DNA of 64,000 nucleotides from an uncultured Planctomycetaceae bacterium (lineage in GTDB: Bacteria; Planctomycetota; Planctomycetia; Planctomycetales; Planctomycetaceae), in NCBI GenBank assembly GCA_963815195.1, contig CAWFGE010000013.1, positions 64,001 to 128,000 of the forward strand, in the 5' to 3' direction. The translations under genes were made by a program, and so were the position numbers. Of this stretch, positions 32,298 to 42,458 are shown piece after piece. Positions within the stretch are counted from its first letter, which is position 1, and every line of letters begins with the position of its first letter. The notes under the pieces were generated by a model. That model saw only the letters and a list, made by a program, of their open reading frames with translations, ran no database searches and was not told the DNA's origin.

Positions 32298-33263
32298 CTA
32301 TTTCTTGCGAGACTTCCCGCGATGGGAACTCTCGTCGTAGGCTTTCACAATTTCCCGGACCAGGCGGTGCCGGACGATGTCGCGGCCCGTCAGTTCCACC
32401 ACCCCGACGCCGTCGATGCCCTGCAACCGGCGGACAGCATCCGTCATCCCGCTGGGCGTTTGTTGGGGCAGGTCCAATTGGGTAATGTCCCCCGTGACCA
32501 CAATCTTGGAGTCCGTTCCCATGCGTGTCAAGAACATCTTCATTTGGGTGATGGTGGTGTTTTGTCCTTCATCCAGGATGATAAATGTCTCATTGAGCGT
32601 CCGCCCCCGCATGAACGCGAGCGGCACGATCTCGATGACATCGTTCTCCATATAGCGTTTGACCTGCTCGAAGTCGAGGATGTCGTGCAGGGCATCCAGC
32701 AAAGGCCTTAAATACGGATTGACCTTCGCGAGCATGTCGCCGGGCAAAAACCCCAACCGCTCGCCCGCTTCGACCGCCGGGCGGACGAGGACGATTTTGC
32801 GGACGCGTTCGGTGCGGAGGGCGTGAATCGCCATCGCCACAGAAAGATACGTCTTGCCGCATCCCGCCGGTCCGAAACAAAACACCAGGTCGTTTTGCTG
32901 GATGGTTTGCACATACTCCGCCTGGCCGGGCGTGCGCGGATGCACCCTTTTGGCCCGTTCGAACACGTCGATCGCGTGCTCATTCAGCGGCCCTTCCGAC
33001 CCCGTGCCGGTGACTTGCCGAATCACCCGGGTGACATCTTCGTCCTTGATGTGGCCTTTCCGCTCCAAGACGGACTTCAATTCCGCAAACACCTCCATGC
33101 CCTGGCGGATCTCGTCGCCTTGGCCGTGGAGCTGGATTTCCTCCCCGCGAACGACCACATCCACGCCCACGGCATCGCGAATTTGCCGCAAATACCGGTC
33201 CTGGGCACCAAACAGGGCCAGGATTTGATTGTGGTTCGCAAACGTGATCGTCGATTCAGACAT
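32298..33263 (-). CDS. phoH: PhoH-family ATPase
   Basis: GPAGCGKT, RPAVEAGERLGFLPG, MRGRTL, DEGQN and TGDITQLDL. Confidence 0.93.
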   Translation of the reverse strand: MSESTITFANHNQILALFGAQDRYLRQIRDAVGVDVVVRGEEIQLHGQGDEIRQGMEVFAELKSVLERKGHIKDEDVTRVIRQVTGTGSEGPLNEHAIDVFERAKRVHPRTPGQAEYVQTIQQNDLVFCFGPAGCGKTYLSVAMAIHALRTERVRKIVLVRPAVEAGERLGFLPGDMLAKVNPYLRPLLDALHDILDFEQVKRYMENDVIEIVPLAFMRGRTLNETFIILDEGQNTTITQMKMFLTRMGTDSKIVVTGDITQLDLPQQTPSGMTDAVRRLQGIDGVGVVELTGRDIVRHRLVREIVKAYDESSHRGKSRKK

Positions 33264-33566
33264 AAGCTCGGCATCGCCGAAGGTGTGTTCTGCCATCGTA
33301 AAACTCGTGTTTGGGTGAAGCAAAAATCGGGCCTCAATCACCAAGACACGAAGAAACTCCTTCTTGTTCGTGATGCCAGTATTTTATCTGCGGATCGGCC
33401 CCCAGAGAAGCGGCCTGTCCGCGGATGCCGAACAAATGCTCCAATCTGTATGTGTTAACTTCGTCCGTCTAAGAAGGTTGCGGCGAATGGGCAAAGTTGA
33501 GCGGCCTTGGGACATCCGGGAGTTTCCCACGAAAATCTTGTGACAAATCCGATTTCTTCCCACGAA

Positions 33567-33631
33567 AATCCCAAATCCCAATCTCGCAATCCGAAACAAA
33601 TCCCAATGACTGAAATTCCAATCTCCAAACC
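33567..33631. repeat. heptamer-periodic repeat (aaatccc/aaatccg family)
   Basis: aaatccc aaatccc aatctcg caatccg aaacaaatccc...; the reverse complement of the same motif is at 47566-47631. Confidence 0.75.
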
Positions 33632-33855
33632 CCCAGCGTGGTGTGATTTATGAACGGAGGGATTAGTTGGGGGCATTCGAAGTTTGGGGTTTTGTCGCGA
33701 TTCGGCCTGGAATGCCGATTGAGCCGGTGGAAATCAAGATTCCGATTCCGCCGGGCCGATAACAACGAAACGAAAGGTCCCGCTGCCGGCGTCACCACGC
33801 TGCGCACCGGGGCCGGTTCCGATCCGCGACCGCTGCATGAGAGAGGTATTCCGTG

Positions 33856-35928
33856 ATGTATCAATCGCAGTTTGGACTTTCCCGCCGGCCGTTTTCCTCC
33901 ACGCCCGACCCGACCTGCGTGGTGCCCGTCGGCGGAATGCCCGAAGCGATTTCCGAACTGGAGCACTGCGCCTTAGGCGGCCAGGGCATTGGGATTCTCA
34001 CCGCGCCGGCCGGCTTGGGGAAAACCGTCCTCTGCCGCAAACTGGCCGAAGAACTCCGCCGGCAATTCGCGGTCGTGTTTTTGGCCAACGCCAACTTTCC
34101 CACCCGCCGGTCGCTGCTTCAGGCGATCTTGTATGAAATGGGGCACCCCTACCTCCGGCTGGGCGAACAGGAACTCCGGCTGGAGTTCACCACCGCCGTC
34201 CGCGATCTGTATCCCGACCGGGCGGGTTTAGTCATCATCATCGACGAAGCCCATTTGCTGCACAATCGCCTGTTGGAAGAACTCCGCACCGCGACGCATC
34301 TGGTCCACGACGGCGAAATGCTCGTGCGGCTGATCCTCAGCGGACAGTTGGAACTCGAAGAAGCGCTCGTCAAAAAAGACCTCGCCGCCATTAACCAGCG
34401 GATCGTCTGCCACAGCACGCTCTCGTCCTTGTCGATGCTGGAATCGCAGGAGTACCTGGAACAGCGGATCGAATGGACCGGCGGAAATCTGGATCAGATT
34501 TTCAAAGCCGATGCCGTGCGGATGATCTGCCAGGCCAGCGACGGAAACGCCCGTTGCCTGAACCAATTGGCCGACCACGGTTTGCTGCTCGCGGCCGCCG
34601 GAAACGAAGCCCGCGTCACGACGGCTCATGTGCTCGAAGCCTTGGAGGAACTCCAGCAGTTGCCGCTGCACTGGAATCAGGTGGACGTGCCCGATACGGC
34701 CGAATCCCCCCGCACCGAAGTCGTGGAAATCATTTGCGGCGATGCGGAAGAAGTACCAGACGCCGCCGAGGATCAACCATCGTCGGCAACCGCCTGCTTC
34801 GAGTTTGGTGGTTCCGATGAACCGGAAGAAGCCCTATCCGAAACGACCGAGGACATCGAACTGTCTTGGGATGAAGACTTGGCGGAACCGGTTGAGAAGG
34901 AACGATTTGCCTGCTTACCGCCCAAGCCGACGGCGTCGCTGTCGGAACCGGCGCCCGAGGCGTCCGCTTGGGAAGCAGAACTCTCAAAATCGCCCGTCGC
35001 GGATCTCTGGATGGAGGAACCGCGGCCGTTCGATGACGAGGAAAGGGTCGTCGATTATTATGCCGCCCTCGATGCCGGCAGCCTGCCGGACTTGGGCCTT
35101 CGCGAGACGCGGGATTGGGATGGCTGGGATCCGGTGGAGGAACTGCGGGCGGAAGAAGACGCATTGGAGATGCTTCTGCCTCCATCCATCTCGCCGGACC
35201 CGCCGATCATCCATGCCATTCCCGAACCGGGGGAAGAATGGCAGCCCGAAGACATCATCCTGGCAAAAGAACTAGAAGACTCGGCTCCGATGGTGATCGC
35301 CGATCCGATGTTCGAAGCGATTCTCAGCGAGTTCGCATTGGAGCTTGGATCGGACCGTTCCCAAATCCCAGCCCAAGCCGAAGCGCCCTTCCTCGTCGTC
35401 GATTCCTCGCATTGGGAAGAGGAATCGCGGGATGCGGACACCGGCGAATACGTCCTGCCCGCCGGTTCGGAAAAAGGCTCCCCCGATTTGGAAGAGCAGA
35501 TCGCCCGCACGGTGTTGGATACCTACATGGACATCCAACCGCTGCTCTGGGATTCGATGGCGGAGGATGATGCCGACGCATCTCCCTGCGTCCCGTTCCC
35601 GCGCACTTCCGGCGAGGAGCCGATTCTCGAGCCCGGCGATTCCACGCCGTTCGATGAACTCCGCAAGAGCTTGGAACAAGCCGTGGAAGCAACCAAGCCG
35701 GCGAGCGAACTGATCGAAAACAAACCGGCTCCGGCCGAGGAAGCTCCCGAAACAGAGCCTCCTTCCCAGATCGAATACGACATCGTGCTTCCGGAACCTG
35801 ATGACGAGGAATCTCCCGCCGCCGCGGTTGCCAGAACCGATGCGGCGGATCCGGGCGAACGCGGCAGCCACGCCGCCCAGCGTCCGTACAAACACCTCTT
35901 CAGCAAGATCCGCCGCAATTTCGAGTGA
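33856..35928 (+). CDS. ExeA/GspA-like AAA ATPase with a long acidic tail
   Basis: FGLSRRPFSSTPDP, APAGLGKT, IIIDEAH, LILSGQLEL and GNARCLNQL. Confidence 0.85.
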   Translation: MYQSQFGLSRRPFSSTPDPTCVVPVGGMPEAISELEHCALGGQGIGILTAPAGLGKTVLCRKLAEELRRQFAVVFLANANFPTRRSLLQAILYEMGHPYLRLGEQELRLEFTTAVRDLYPDRAGLVIIIDEAHLLHNRLLEELRTATHLVHDGEMLVRLILSGQLELEEALVKKDLAAINQRIVCHSTLSSLSMLESQEYLEQRIEWTGGNLDQIFKADAVRMICQASDGNARCLNQLADHGLLLAAAGNEARVTTAHVLEALEELQQLPLHWNQVDVPDTAESPRTEVVEIICGDAEEVPDAAEDQPSSATACFEFGGSDEPEEALSETTEDIELSWDEDLAEPVEKERFACLPPKPTASLSEPAPEASAWEAELSKSPVADLWMEEPRPFDDEERVVDYYAALDAGSLPDLGLRETRDWDGWDPVEELRAEEDALEMLLPPSISPDPPIIHAIPEPGEEWQPEDIILAKELEDSAPMVIADPMFEAILSEFALELGSDRSQIPAQAEAPFLVVDSSHWEEESRDADTGEYVLPAGSEKGSPDLEEQIARTVLDTYMDIQPLLWDSMAEDDADASPCVPFPRTSGEEPILEPGDSTPFDELRKSLEQAVEATKPASELIENKPAPAEEAPETEPPSQIEYDIVLPEPDDEESPAAAVARTDAADPGERGSHAAQRPYKHLFSKIRRNFE

Positions 35929-35938
35929 GAACCGAAGC

Positions 35939-36763
35939 CTATTCTGTCTTCCCGGCGGGTTTGAACGCCTGCCGCAAGTCGAGCGGATAATCGGTGAGGA
36001 TCGCATCGATGCCCGCGTCGGCCGATTGCCGCCAGTTGGCGGGCAGGTTGCCGCTGACCGTGGGCCCGGCGATGAACACCGGCTTTTTCGCCCGACGCGC
36101 GGCTTCGATCTGGTCCCGCGTCGGCACGAACCGCACGTAAACCCAATTCGCCCCGGCATCGGCCACGGCGGCCGGGAACTCCTCGGCGGTGTTCGCCAAC
36201 CGGGCGACTTGGGCTTTCGCATCGGCTTTCAACAGCTTCCGCCGCACCGCCGGCTCCGTGATCGTGCGGCCGATGAACAGCAGCCGCTCCAGCACGCGAT
36301 GCCGATTCGCCAGCTGCACCACATCCTCTTCGACGTTCTCCGCTTTGAAGTCGACGGCGATCAACACGTTCTGCCGACGATGTTCGCCCACCAACTTCAA
36401 CACCTCATCCACGGTGGGCACCTTCTCCCCGGCGAACAGCGGATCGAACCACCGGCCCGCATCGAGCTTGCGAATCTCTGCAAGCGTCATCTCCGAAACG
36501 GAGCCGCGTCCGCCGGTGGTGCGGTTGACGGTGTCATCGTGAAGGCAAACCAGCGCCCCATCTTTCGTTCGCCGAACGTCGAACTCGAACCCGATCCGCA
36601 ATGCCAGGCAGGCCCGAAAATTGGCGAGCGTGTTTTCGGGAGCATCCCGCAAGAGTCCCCGATGCCCGACAACGAAAACCCCCGCCGGCTCCGCCGCGCG
36701 GGAAACGAACGGCACACCCAACAGGCACAACCAAAGTCCAAATCGCAATTGCCAACGCATCAT
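35939..36763 (-). CDS. glycerophosphodiester phosphodiesterase
   Basis: VGHRG...PENT, EFDVRRTKDG.LVCLHD.TVNRTT and ILTDYP. Confidence 0.9.
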   Translation of the reverse strand: MMRWQLRFGLWLCLLGVPFVSRAAEPAGVFVVGHRGLLRDAPENTLANFRACLALRIGFEFDVRRTKDGALVCLHDDTVNRTTGGRGSVSEMTLAEIRKLDAGRWFDPLFAGEKVPTVDEVLKLVGEHRRQNVLIAVDFKAENVEEDVVQLANRHRVLERLLFIGRTITEPAVRRKLLKADAKAQVARLANTAEEFPAAVADAGANWVYVRFVPTRDQIEAARRAKKPVFIAGPTVSGNLPANWRQSADAGIDAILTDYPLDLRQAFKPAGKTE

Positions 36764-36823
36764 CCAACCGCTTTCTCGATTCGTGTGATTCGTGGTTGTT
36801 CCGGTACTTCCATCGCGCCCCGA

Positions 36824-37921
36824 TCAAGACACCGCTTTCGCCACCTGGTCGGAAACGAGTTGCCGAGGATGTGGGGTGACGGCTCGGCCGGGCAGCGTGG
36901 TCAATACGATGCAGATCGCATCGGCCCTGGGATCGGCCCAGGCGAGCGTGCCCGTCGATCCCGTATGTCCGAAGGTGTTCCCGGAGCATTTCGGGCAGCC
37001 GGCCTGGTTCTGGAATCCAAAGCCCAAGCCGCGGGGCGTGAGGCCGGGCTTGTTGTGGTTTTGAATCATCAGCTTCGCCGTTTCCACGGAGAGCATCTTG
37101 CCGTCGGGATGCAAAAAGGCGTTCAGAAATCGTCCCACATTCGGGGCCGAGCAATGGGCCGTGCCCCACGGCGCGCCGAGTTTCCGCCAATACAGGCTGT
37201 TCCAATCCCAGGTCTTCGCGGAGGGATCGCCCGCGCCGGATTCCACGGCCGCCTTCTCCGTTTGGGCTTTCATAAAATCCTTGAGCTCAAACCGCCCCAG
37301 ACCGAGGGCGGAGCGCTTCATCTCCAAGGGCTGAAACACCACTTCGTCGATGAACTTCAAGAAATCCATCCCGCTGATCCGCCGGGCGATTTCCGACGCG
37401 AGCAAAATCGCCATGCTGGAATACGAATACTTGGCGCCGGGCGAAAACAACAGCGGCGTGCGGACGGCGTGCTTCACAAATTCGGGCAGCGGGGCGTGGC
37501 TTTTTCGCAGGTCCGCATTTTCGGGCAGTTGGTCGGGGAGACCGGAAACGTGCGTGAGCAGTTGCCGAACCGTGATCCGCTCCCGCCCGCCGCTGGCGAA
37601 CTCCGGCAGGAATTTTTTCGCCGGGTCATCGAGCTGAAATTTCCCTCTGTCGTAAAGCGTCATGAGTGCCGCGACCGACATAGGTTTTGAAATCGACCCC
37701 AACAGAAACATCTCCTCGGTGGACTTCGCGGTGCCGAAGGATTTTTCCAAGGTGTCCTTTCCCCGCTGAATGAACAGCGAAGCCCCCGCGACTTGCCCGC
37801 TCTTCGTGGCCTCGTTCAAAATCTGCACCGCGGCGTCCCAGCGATTCTCATTCACCGCCCCCAACAATCGCCCGGCGCAGATCGTTCCCAACCCGCAATA
37901 AAGAAAATCACGTCGTCGCAT
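36824..37921 (-). CDS. serine hydrolase, beta-lactamase family (Tat signal)
   Basis: MRRRDFL; SISK (SxxK), LLTHVSG, YSYSS and GHTG. Confidence 0.9.
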   Translation of the reverse strand: MRRRDFLYCGLGTICAGRLLGAVNENRWDAAVQILNEATKSGQVAGASLFIQRGKDTLEKSFGTAKSTEEMFLLGSISKPMSVAALMTLYDRGKFQLDDPAKKFLPEFASGGRERITVRQLLTHVSGLPDQLPENADLRKSHAPLPEFVKHAVRTPLLFSPGAKYSYSSMAILLASEIARRISGMDFLKFIDEVVFQPLEMKRSALGLGRFELKDFMKAQTEKAAVESGAGDPSAKTWDWNSLYWRKLGAPWGTAHCSAPNVGRFLNAFLHPDGKMLSVETAKLMIQNHNKPGLTPRGLGFGFQNQAGCPKCSGNTFGHTGSTGTLAWADPRADAICIVLTTLPGRAVTPHPRQLVSDQVAKAVS

Positions 37922-37962
37922 GATGTGGAGTCCTGATGTTTGAGGAAATGGAACAATACGTC

Positions 37963-38182
37963 CTGACACCTCTTGAAGAGCCGCGCACGCAGTAAGCGGT
38001 TTCCTGATGCCAGAAACTCAACCGGTTACCGCGTGCGCGGTTCTGGTTGAATTGGAACTGACACCTCTTGAAGAGCCGCGCACGCAGTAAGCGGTTTCCT
38101 GACGCCAGAAACTCAACCGGTTACCGCGTGCGCGGTTCTGGTTGAATTGGAACTCAACCGCTTACTGCGTGCGCGGCTCTTT
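37963..38182. repeat. two tandem 95-bp units built from palindrome family D, plus a closing half
   Basis: 37963-38057 is repeated at 38058-38152 with 1 mismatch; aagagccgcgcacgcagtaagcgg / ccgcttactgcgtgcgcggctc; a single copy is at 48842-48896. Confidence 0.9.
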
Positions 38183-38318
38183 TTACTTTTCAGTTAACTT
38201 CGCAGGGTTTTTCTGTCACTCGGGGTTGGATTATACTGCAAGCAACCTCAATTTCCGAACGGGCGGCGGGGACGAATCTCAATTCACTCACACTTTTTCC
38301 TTTCACAGCGGAGCAATC

Positions 38319-39804
38319 ATGACCCAGCACGATGTCTCACGACGAAATTTTCTCAAAACAACAAGTGCCGGCGCGGTGTCGGCGGCGGCGCTCGCGGGCC
38401 TGGCGTCGGCGGCGGAGGAATCCTCCAAAGCGGCCGACAGCAACGGAAAAATCCGCATCGGATTTGTCGGGCCGGGCGGGCGCGGCTTCGGAGCACACGT
38501 GAAGACCTTGTGCAAGCTGGAAAACGAAGGCCAACCCATCGAACTCGCCGCGGTCTGCGATGTGTATAGCGAGCACCGCGACCGGGCCGCCAATCACATC
38601 AAAAAATCGACCGGCAAAACACCCATCCAGTACGAAGACTTCCGCGAGATGTTCGCCCGCGAAAAGCTCGACGCCGTGTGCATCGCCACGCCCGACCATT
38701 GGCACGCGATCCAGACCATCGAAGCCTTGAACGCGGGGCTCAACGTGTACTGCGAAAAACCGATGACGAAAACCGTCGACGAGGCGGTCCGCGTGATGAA
38801 GACCTGGCAGAAAACCGGCCGGGTGATGCAAGTCGGCGTGCAATCCACCAGCCTGCCGGTGTGGAAGACGGTCAATCAACTGCTGCAAGCCGGGAAGCTC
38901 GGCAAGGTGCTGATGTATCAGACCGAGTTCTTCCGCAACTCCGCGATGGGCCAATGGCGGTATTACAAGCTCACCGAGAACATGTCGCCCCGCACGATCA
39001 ACTGGAAGAAATGGCTCGGCGTCGAGGAAGGGCTCGCCGAGGCGATCCCGTTCGACCGGGCCGTGTACGCCCAGTGGCGGAGGTTCTGGCCGTTCGGTTC
39101 GGGCATGTTTACCGACCTGTTCGTGCACCGCACGACTTCGATGCTGAAAGCCACCGGCCTCCGGTTTCCCGGCCGGGTCGTCGGGGGCGGCGGGATTCTT
39201 TTTGGAATACGACGGCCGGGACGTGCCGGACGTGGCGACCGTCGTCGCGGACTTCAACGAAGGCGTGCAAGGCATGGTCACCGCGACGATGGCCTGCCAG
39301 GAGACGCCCATCCGCCAGTTGATCCGCGGGCATTTTGGCTCGTTTGTGTTCGGCAACGGCGAGCAGTTCGAGGATTTCCAGTTCATCCCCGAACGCCCGC
39401 AGGTCACCCGCGACAGCAAGCTCAAGGAAGAGGTGATTCAAGCGGGCAACGTGCCCAACACGACTCACGCCCATTTCAAGAACTGGATCGAAGCCATAGA
39501 GGCGAACGATCCCCAGATGTGCAACAACCCGGCCGACCTGGGGGCGGCTGCGCTGTCGACGGTTATTCTCGGAGCCCAAAGCTACCGGGAAGGCAAGGTG
39601 TTCCATTTCGATACGGATACGCTCACCGTCCACGAAGGCGGCAGCGACTGGGCGAAGAAGTGGGAAGAAAAATCCAAGCGCCGCGAAAAGCCCAACCACA
39701 TCGCCGGCTGGAAAGCCGGCGACCGCGGCAGCCTCTTGGAAGAGCCGGACTACATGAAGCTCGCCGGCCCGTGGGTCGACGGCAAAGATCCCGCGACGGC
39801 GTAA
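38319..39804 (+). CDS. Gfo/Idh/MocA-family oxidoreductase, Tat-exported (frameshift near 39200)
   Basis: SRRNFLK, ATPDHWH and YCEKP; continues as EYDGRDVPDV in track ORF 39202-39804 after a T run. Confidence 0.9.
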
Positions 39805-39821
39805 ACCGGGGTTTGAAAACA

Positions 39822-39978
39822 TGAGCGGTAGGCGCTAGCCTCCGGTTTTGAGGAAGCGTCGTTTCCAAAGACAAAGCCGGCGGCTAGCGCCGAGCCGCTC
39901 ACATTGCACAACAGAGCCGCGAAGCGGCGCGAGCAGCCCTCCGCTCAACGGGTTGCCGCCGCCGCTTCGCGGCTCTCG
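39822..39978. repeat. family-A REP doublet plus an adjacent hairpin
   Basis: tgagcgg..ggcgctagcc / ggctagcgccgagccgctca; agagccgcgaagcggcg / cgccgcttcgcggctct. Confidence 0.75.
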
Positions 39979-40143
39979 CCATTTGCCCGGGATTGCAGGG
40001 ATTTCACAGATCGATCAAGATGAAGGTTCCGATCGGGCCCGAGTGGAAGGGTGAGCGGATCTTGCTATCCTCTAACCTCCCTCTTCCATCCTCCCCGGCT
40101 GTGCTTGTTGATCTTGTCAAAAATGAAACCATAGAAAGCGAAC

Positions 40144-40848
40144 ATGTCCCTCGTATTGGATTCGGTGCGAAAAACCTACCGCGAACCGGACGGGAGCCGG
40201 TTTGAGGTTTTGAATATCGATCGGTTTGAACTCCGCGACGGCGAGCAGGTGGTGCTCGTGGGATCGAGCGGCGGCGGCAAGACGACGCTCTTGAACATCA
40301 TTGCCGGCATCAGCTCGCCCGACAGCGGCCGCGTGGAAGTCGACGGCATCGACATCACGACGCTGCCCGAAGTCCACCGCGACCGCCTCAGGGCGCAGCG
40401 GATCGGGTTTGTGTTTCAGACGTTCAATCTGCTGCCTGCGTTTACGGCGCTCGAAAACGTGCTGTTGGGCATGAGCTTCTCCGGCCGCGGGGCCGACCAA
40501 AAGCGGGCCAAAGATTTGCTCGCTCGGGTCGGGTTGTCGCATCGGCTGACGCATCGGCCCAGCCATCTTTCGGTGGGCGAGCAGCAGCGGGTCGCGGTCG
40601 CGCGGGCCTTGGCGAACTCCCCTTCGCTGCTTTTGGCGGATGAGCCGACGGCGAACGTGGATGTCGCCAACCAGGATAAAATCCTCACGCTGATCCGCGA
40701 CGCCTGCACCGAGCACAACGTGTCACTGTTGATGGTCACGCATGCCCCCGAGGTCGCCGGGCAGTTCGATCGCGTGGAGAAGCTGCAAGAGTTCAACAAA
40801 GCCGTCCGCCCGGAAGCCGCGGCCGCGGGAGAGGAGGCCCAATCGTGA
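40144..40848 (+). CDS. ABC transporter ATP-binding protein (LolD/MacB-type)
   Basis: GSSGGGKTT, IGFVFQTFNL, LSVGEQQRVAVARAL, LADEPT and VTH. Confidence 0.93.
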   Translation: MSLVLDSVRKTYREPDGSRFEVLNIDRFELRDGEQVVLVGSSGGGKTTLLNIIAGISSPDSGRVEVDGIDITTLPEVHRDRLRAQRIGFVFQTFNLLPAFTALENVLLGMSFSGRGADQKRAKDLLARVGLSHRLTHRPSHLSVGEQQRVAVARALANSPSLLLADEPTANVDVANQDKILTLIRDACTEHNVSLLMVTHAPEVAGQFDRVEKLQEFNKAVRPEAAAAGEEAQS

Positions 40849-42158
40849 ACGTGATGACGATCGCCCTCAAGAGCATCAAACAGCGGCTGCTCGCGTCGTC
40901 GCTGACCGGCTTGAGCGTGGCCTTGGGCGTGATGCTGATGGTCGGCGTGCTGGTGGCATACAGCGTCATCGGCGAAGCCTTCCAGCAGCGGACCATCGGT
41001 TACGATCTGGTCGTGGGCCGGCAGGGGAGCGATATTCAACTCGTCCTCAGCACGGTTTACCGCATCGGCAATCCCCCCGCCAATTTGCCTTACCGGTATT
41101 ATCTCGAGCTCAAAAACGACCCGCTGGTCCAAGACGCCGTGCCCATCACGATGGGCGACACGACCCAGGAAGGCGGTTTTCCGATCGTGGGCACGATCCG
41201 CGAATACTTCGACGTCGAATACGCCCCGGGCCGGAAGTTTTTTATGAAAGGCCCCGGCTTTATCGAGTCGTTCGACGCGGTCATCGGCTCTCGAGTCGCC
41301 AGGGAAAACCACTGGACCGTCGATGATCCCAACACGCCGGAAGACGAAGCGACCACCTTCAAGTTGATCCACGGCGGCCAGGACGCGGCCGGCGGCGGGC
41401 ACGTGCACAACGAGAAATTCCGCGTCAACGGAATTCTCCAAGAGACCGGCACCGCGAACGACCGCACGGTGTTTGTTTACTTGAGCGGGTTTTACGCCGT
41501 CTCCGGACACGAAACGCCGCTGGAAGAGGCCCAGGAACGGGAACGGCAATTCTACGGGAGCGAAGTGCCCCAGGTCGCCGACCCCGACGGCCCCTCGTCC
41601 ACCCATCTTGCCCAGAAGGAAGTCACCGCGATCCTTGTGCGGACCCGCACCCCCTCCTCCGCGGTGATGTTGTCCGGCAGCATGAAAAAAGGTCATAGAG
41701 CCCAGGCGGTCAACCCGATTCAAGTCATGTCGGAGTTGATGACCTTGCTGGTCGGAAACATCACGAACGCCTTGCTGTTTTTGACGGGGCTCGTGATTGT
41801 GGTGTCCGGGATCAGCATTTTCGTCAGCATTTACAACTCCATGTCCGACCGCAAGAAGGAAATCGCGATCATGCGCGCCCTGGGCGCCCAGCGGCGGACG
41901 GTGTTCGCCATCGTATTGACCGAATCGATTCTGTTGTGTTTTTGGGGAGGGATTCTCGGAGGAATTTTGGGGCACGCACTGGTGTTCATCGCGGCCCCGT
42001 TCGTGGAAAGCGCAACCGGGCTGATTATGAACCCCTGGGCGTTCCATCCCGCGGAAGTCGTCCTGCTGCCGGCGCTGATCGTGCTGGCGTCGCTGGTGGG
42101 CTTCATCCCCGGCATGACCGCCTACCGCACCGACGTCGCCCGCACTTTGGCGGACTAA
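40845..42158 (+). CDS. ABC transporter permease (FtsX/MacB-type)
   Basis: GTGA overlap with the ATPase gene; TM1, periplasmic domain, then DRKKEIAIMRALGA and 3 TM segments. Confidence 0.92.
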   Translation: MNVMTIALKSIKQRLLASSLTGLSVALGVMLMVGVLVAYSVIGEAFQQRTIGYDLVVGRQGSDIQLVLSTVYRIGNPPANLPYRYYLELKNDPLVQDAVPITMGDTTQEGGFPIVGTIREYFDVEYAPGRKFFMKGPGFIESFDAVIGSRVARENHWTVDDPNTPEDEATTFKLIHGGQDAAGGGHVHNEKFRVNGILQETGTANDRTVFVYLSGFYAVSGHETPLEEAQERERQFYGSEVPQVADPDGPSSTHLAQKEVTAILVRTRTPSSAVMLSGSMKKGHRAQAVNPIQVMSELMTLLVGNITNALLFLTGLVIVVSGISIFVSIYNSMSDRKKEIAIMRALGAQRRTVFAIVLTESILLCFWGGILGGILGHALVFIAAPFVESATGLIMNPWAFHPAEVVLLPALIVLASLVGFIPGMTAYRTDVARTLAD

Positions 42159-42174
42159 ATCGGGTCATTTGAAA

Positions 42175-42288
42175 CGTGAGCGGAACGGCGCCAGCCGCCG
42201 GTATTTGCGAGCGGCTGGCGCGTAGCCGCCGGCCTTGTCATATCCAAATTTCCGTTGAAGAGGCCGGGGGCTAGCGCCCTTCCGCTCA
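42175..42288. repeat. family-A REP doublet
   Basis: gtgagcggaacggcgccagccgccgg ... ggggctagcgcccttccgctca. Confidence 0.7.
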
Positions 42289-42458
42289 GATTTTGTCCAA
42301 TCTCGGTTCCAACGCATCGGGGGATTTTGACGTAAATGAAAAACGAACGGCGGGGATGGAATCATTAGCGCGCTGTGTTATGATTAAAGAGCGCGGATTT
42401 TTTCCTTGTTCCCAATTCCTTCCGCCCGCGATCGCGCCTTCTGAGGATTGATCGAACC

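Noticed and set aside
36824..37921. Antibiotic-resistance beta-lactamase linked to BlaI/BlaR1
   Set aside because: It is a generic serine hydrolase about 25 kb from the BlaI pair, with no evidence of a link.
37963..38182. Possible CRISPR array
   Set aside because: It is a tandem duplication with identical internal sequence.
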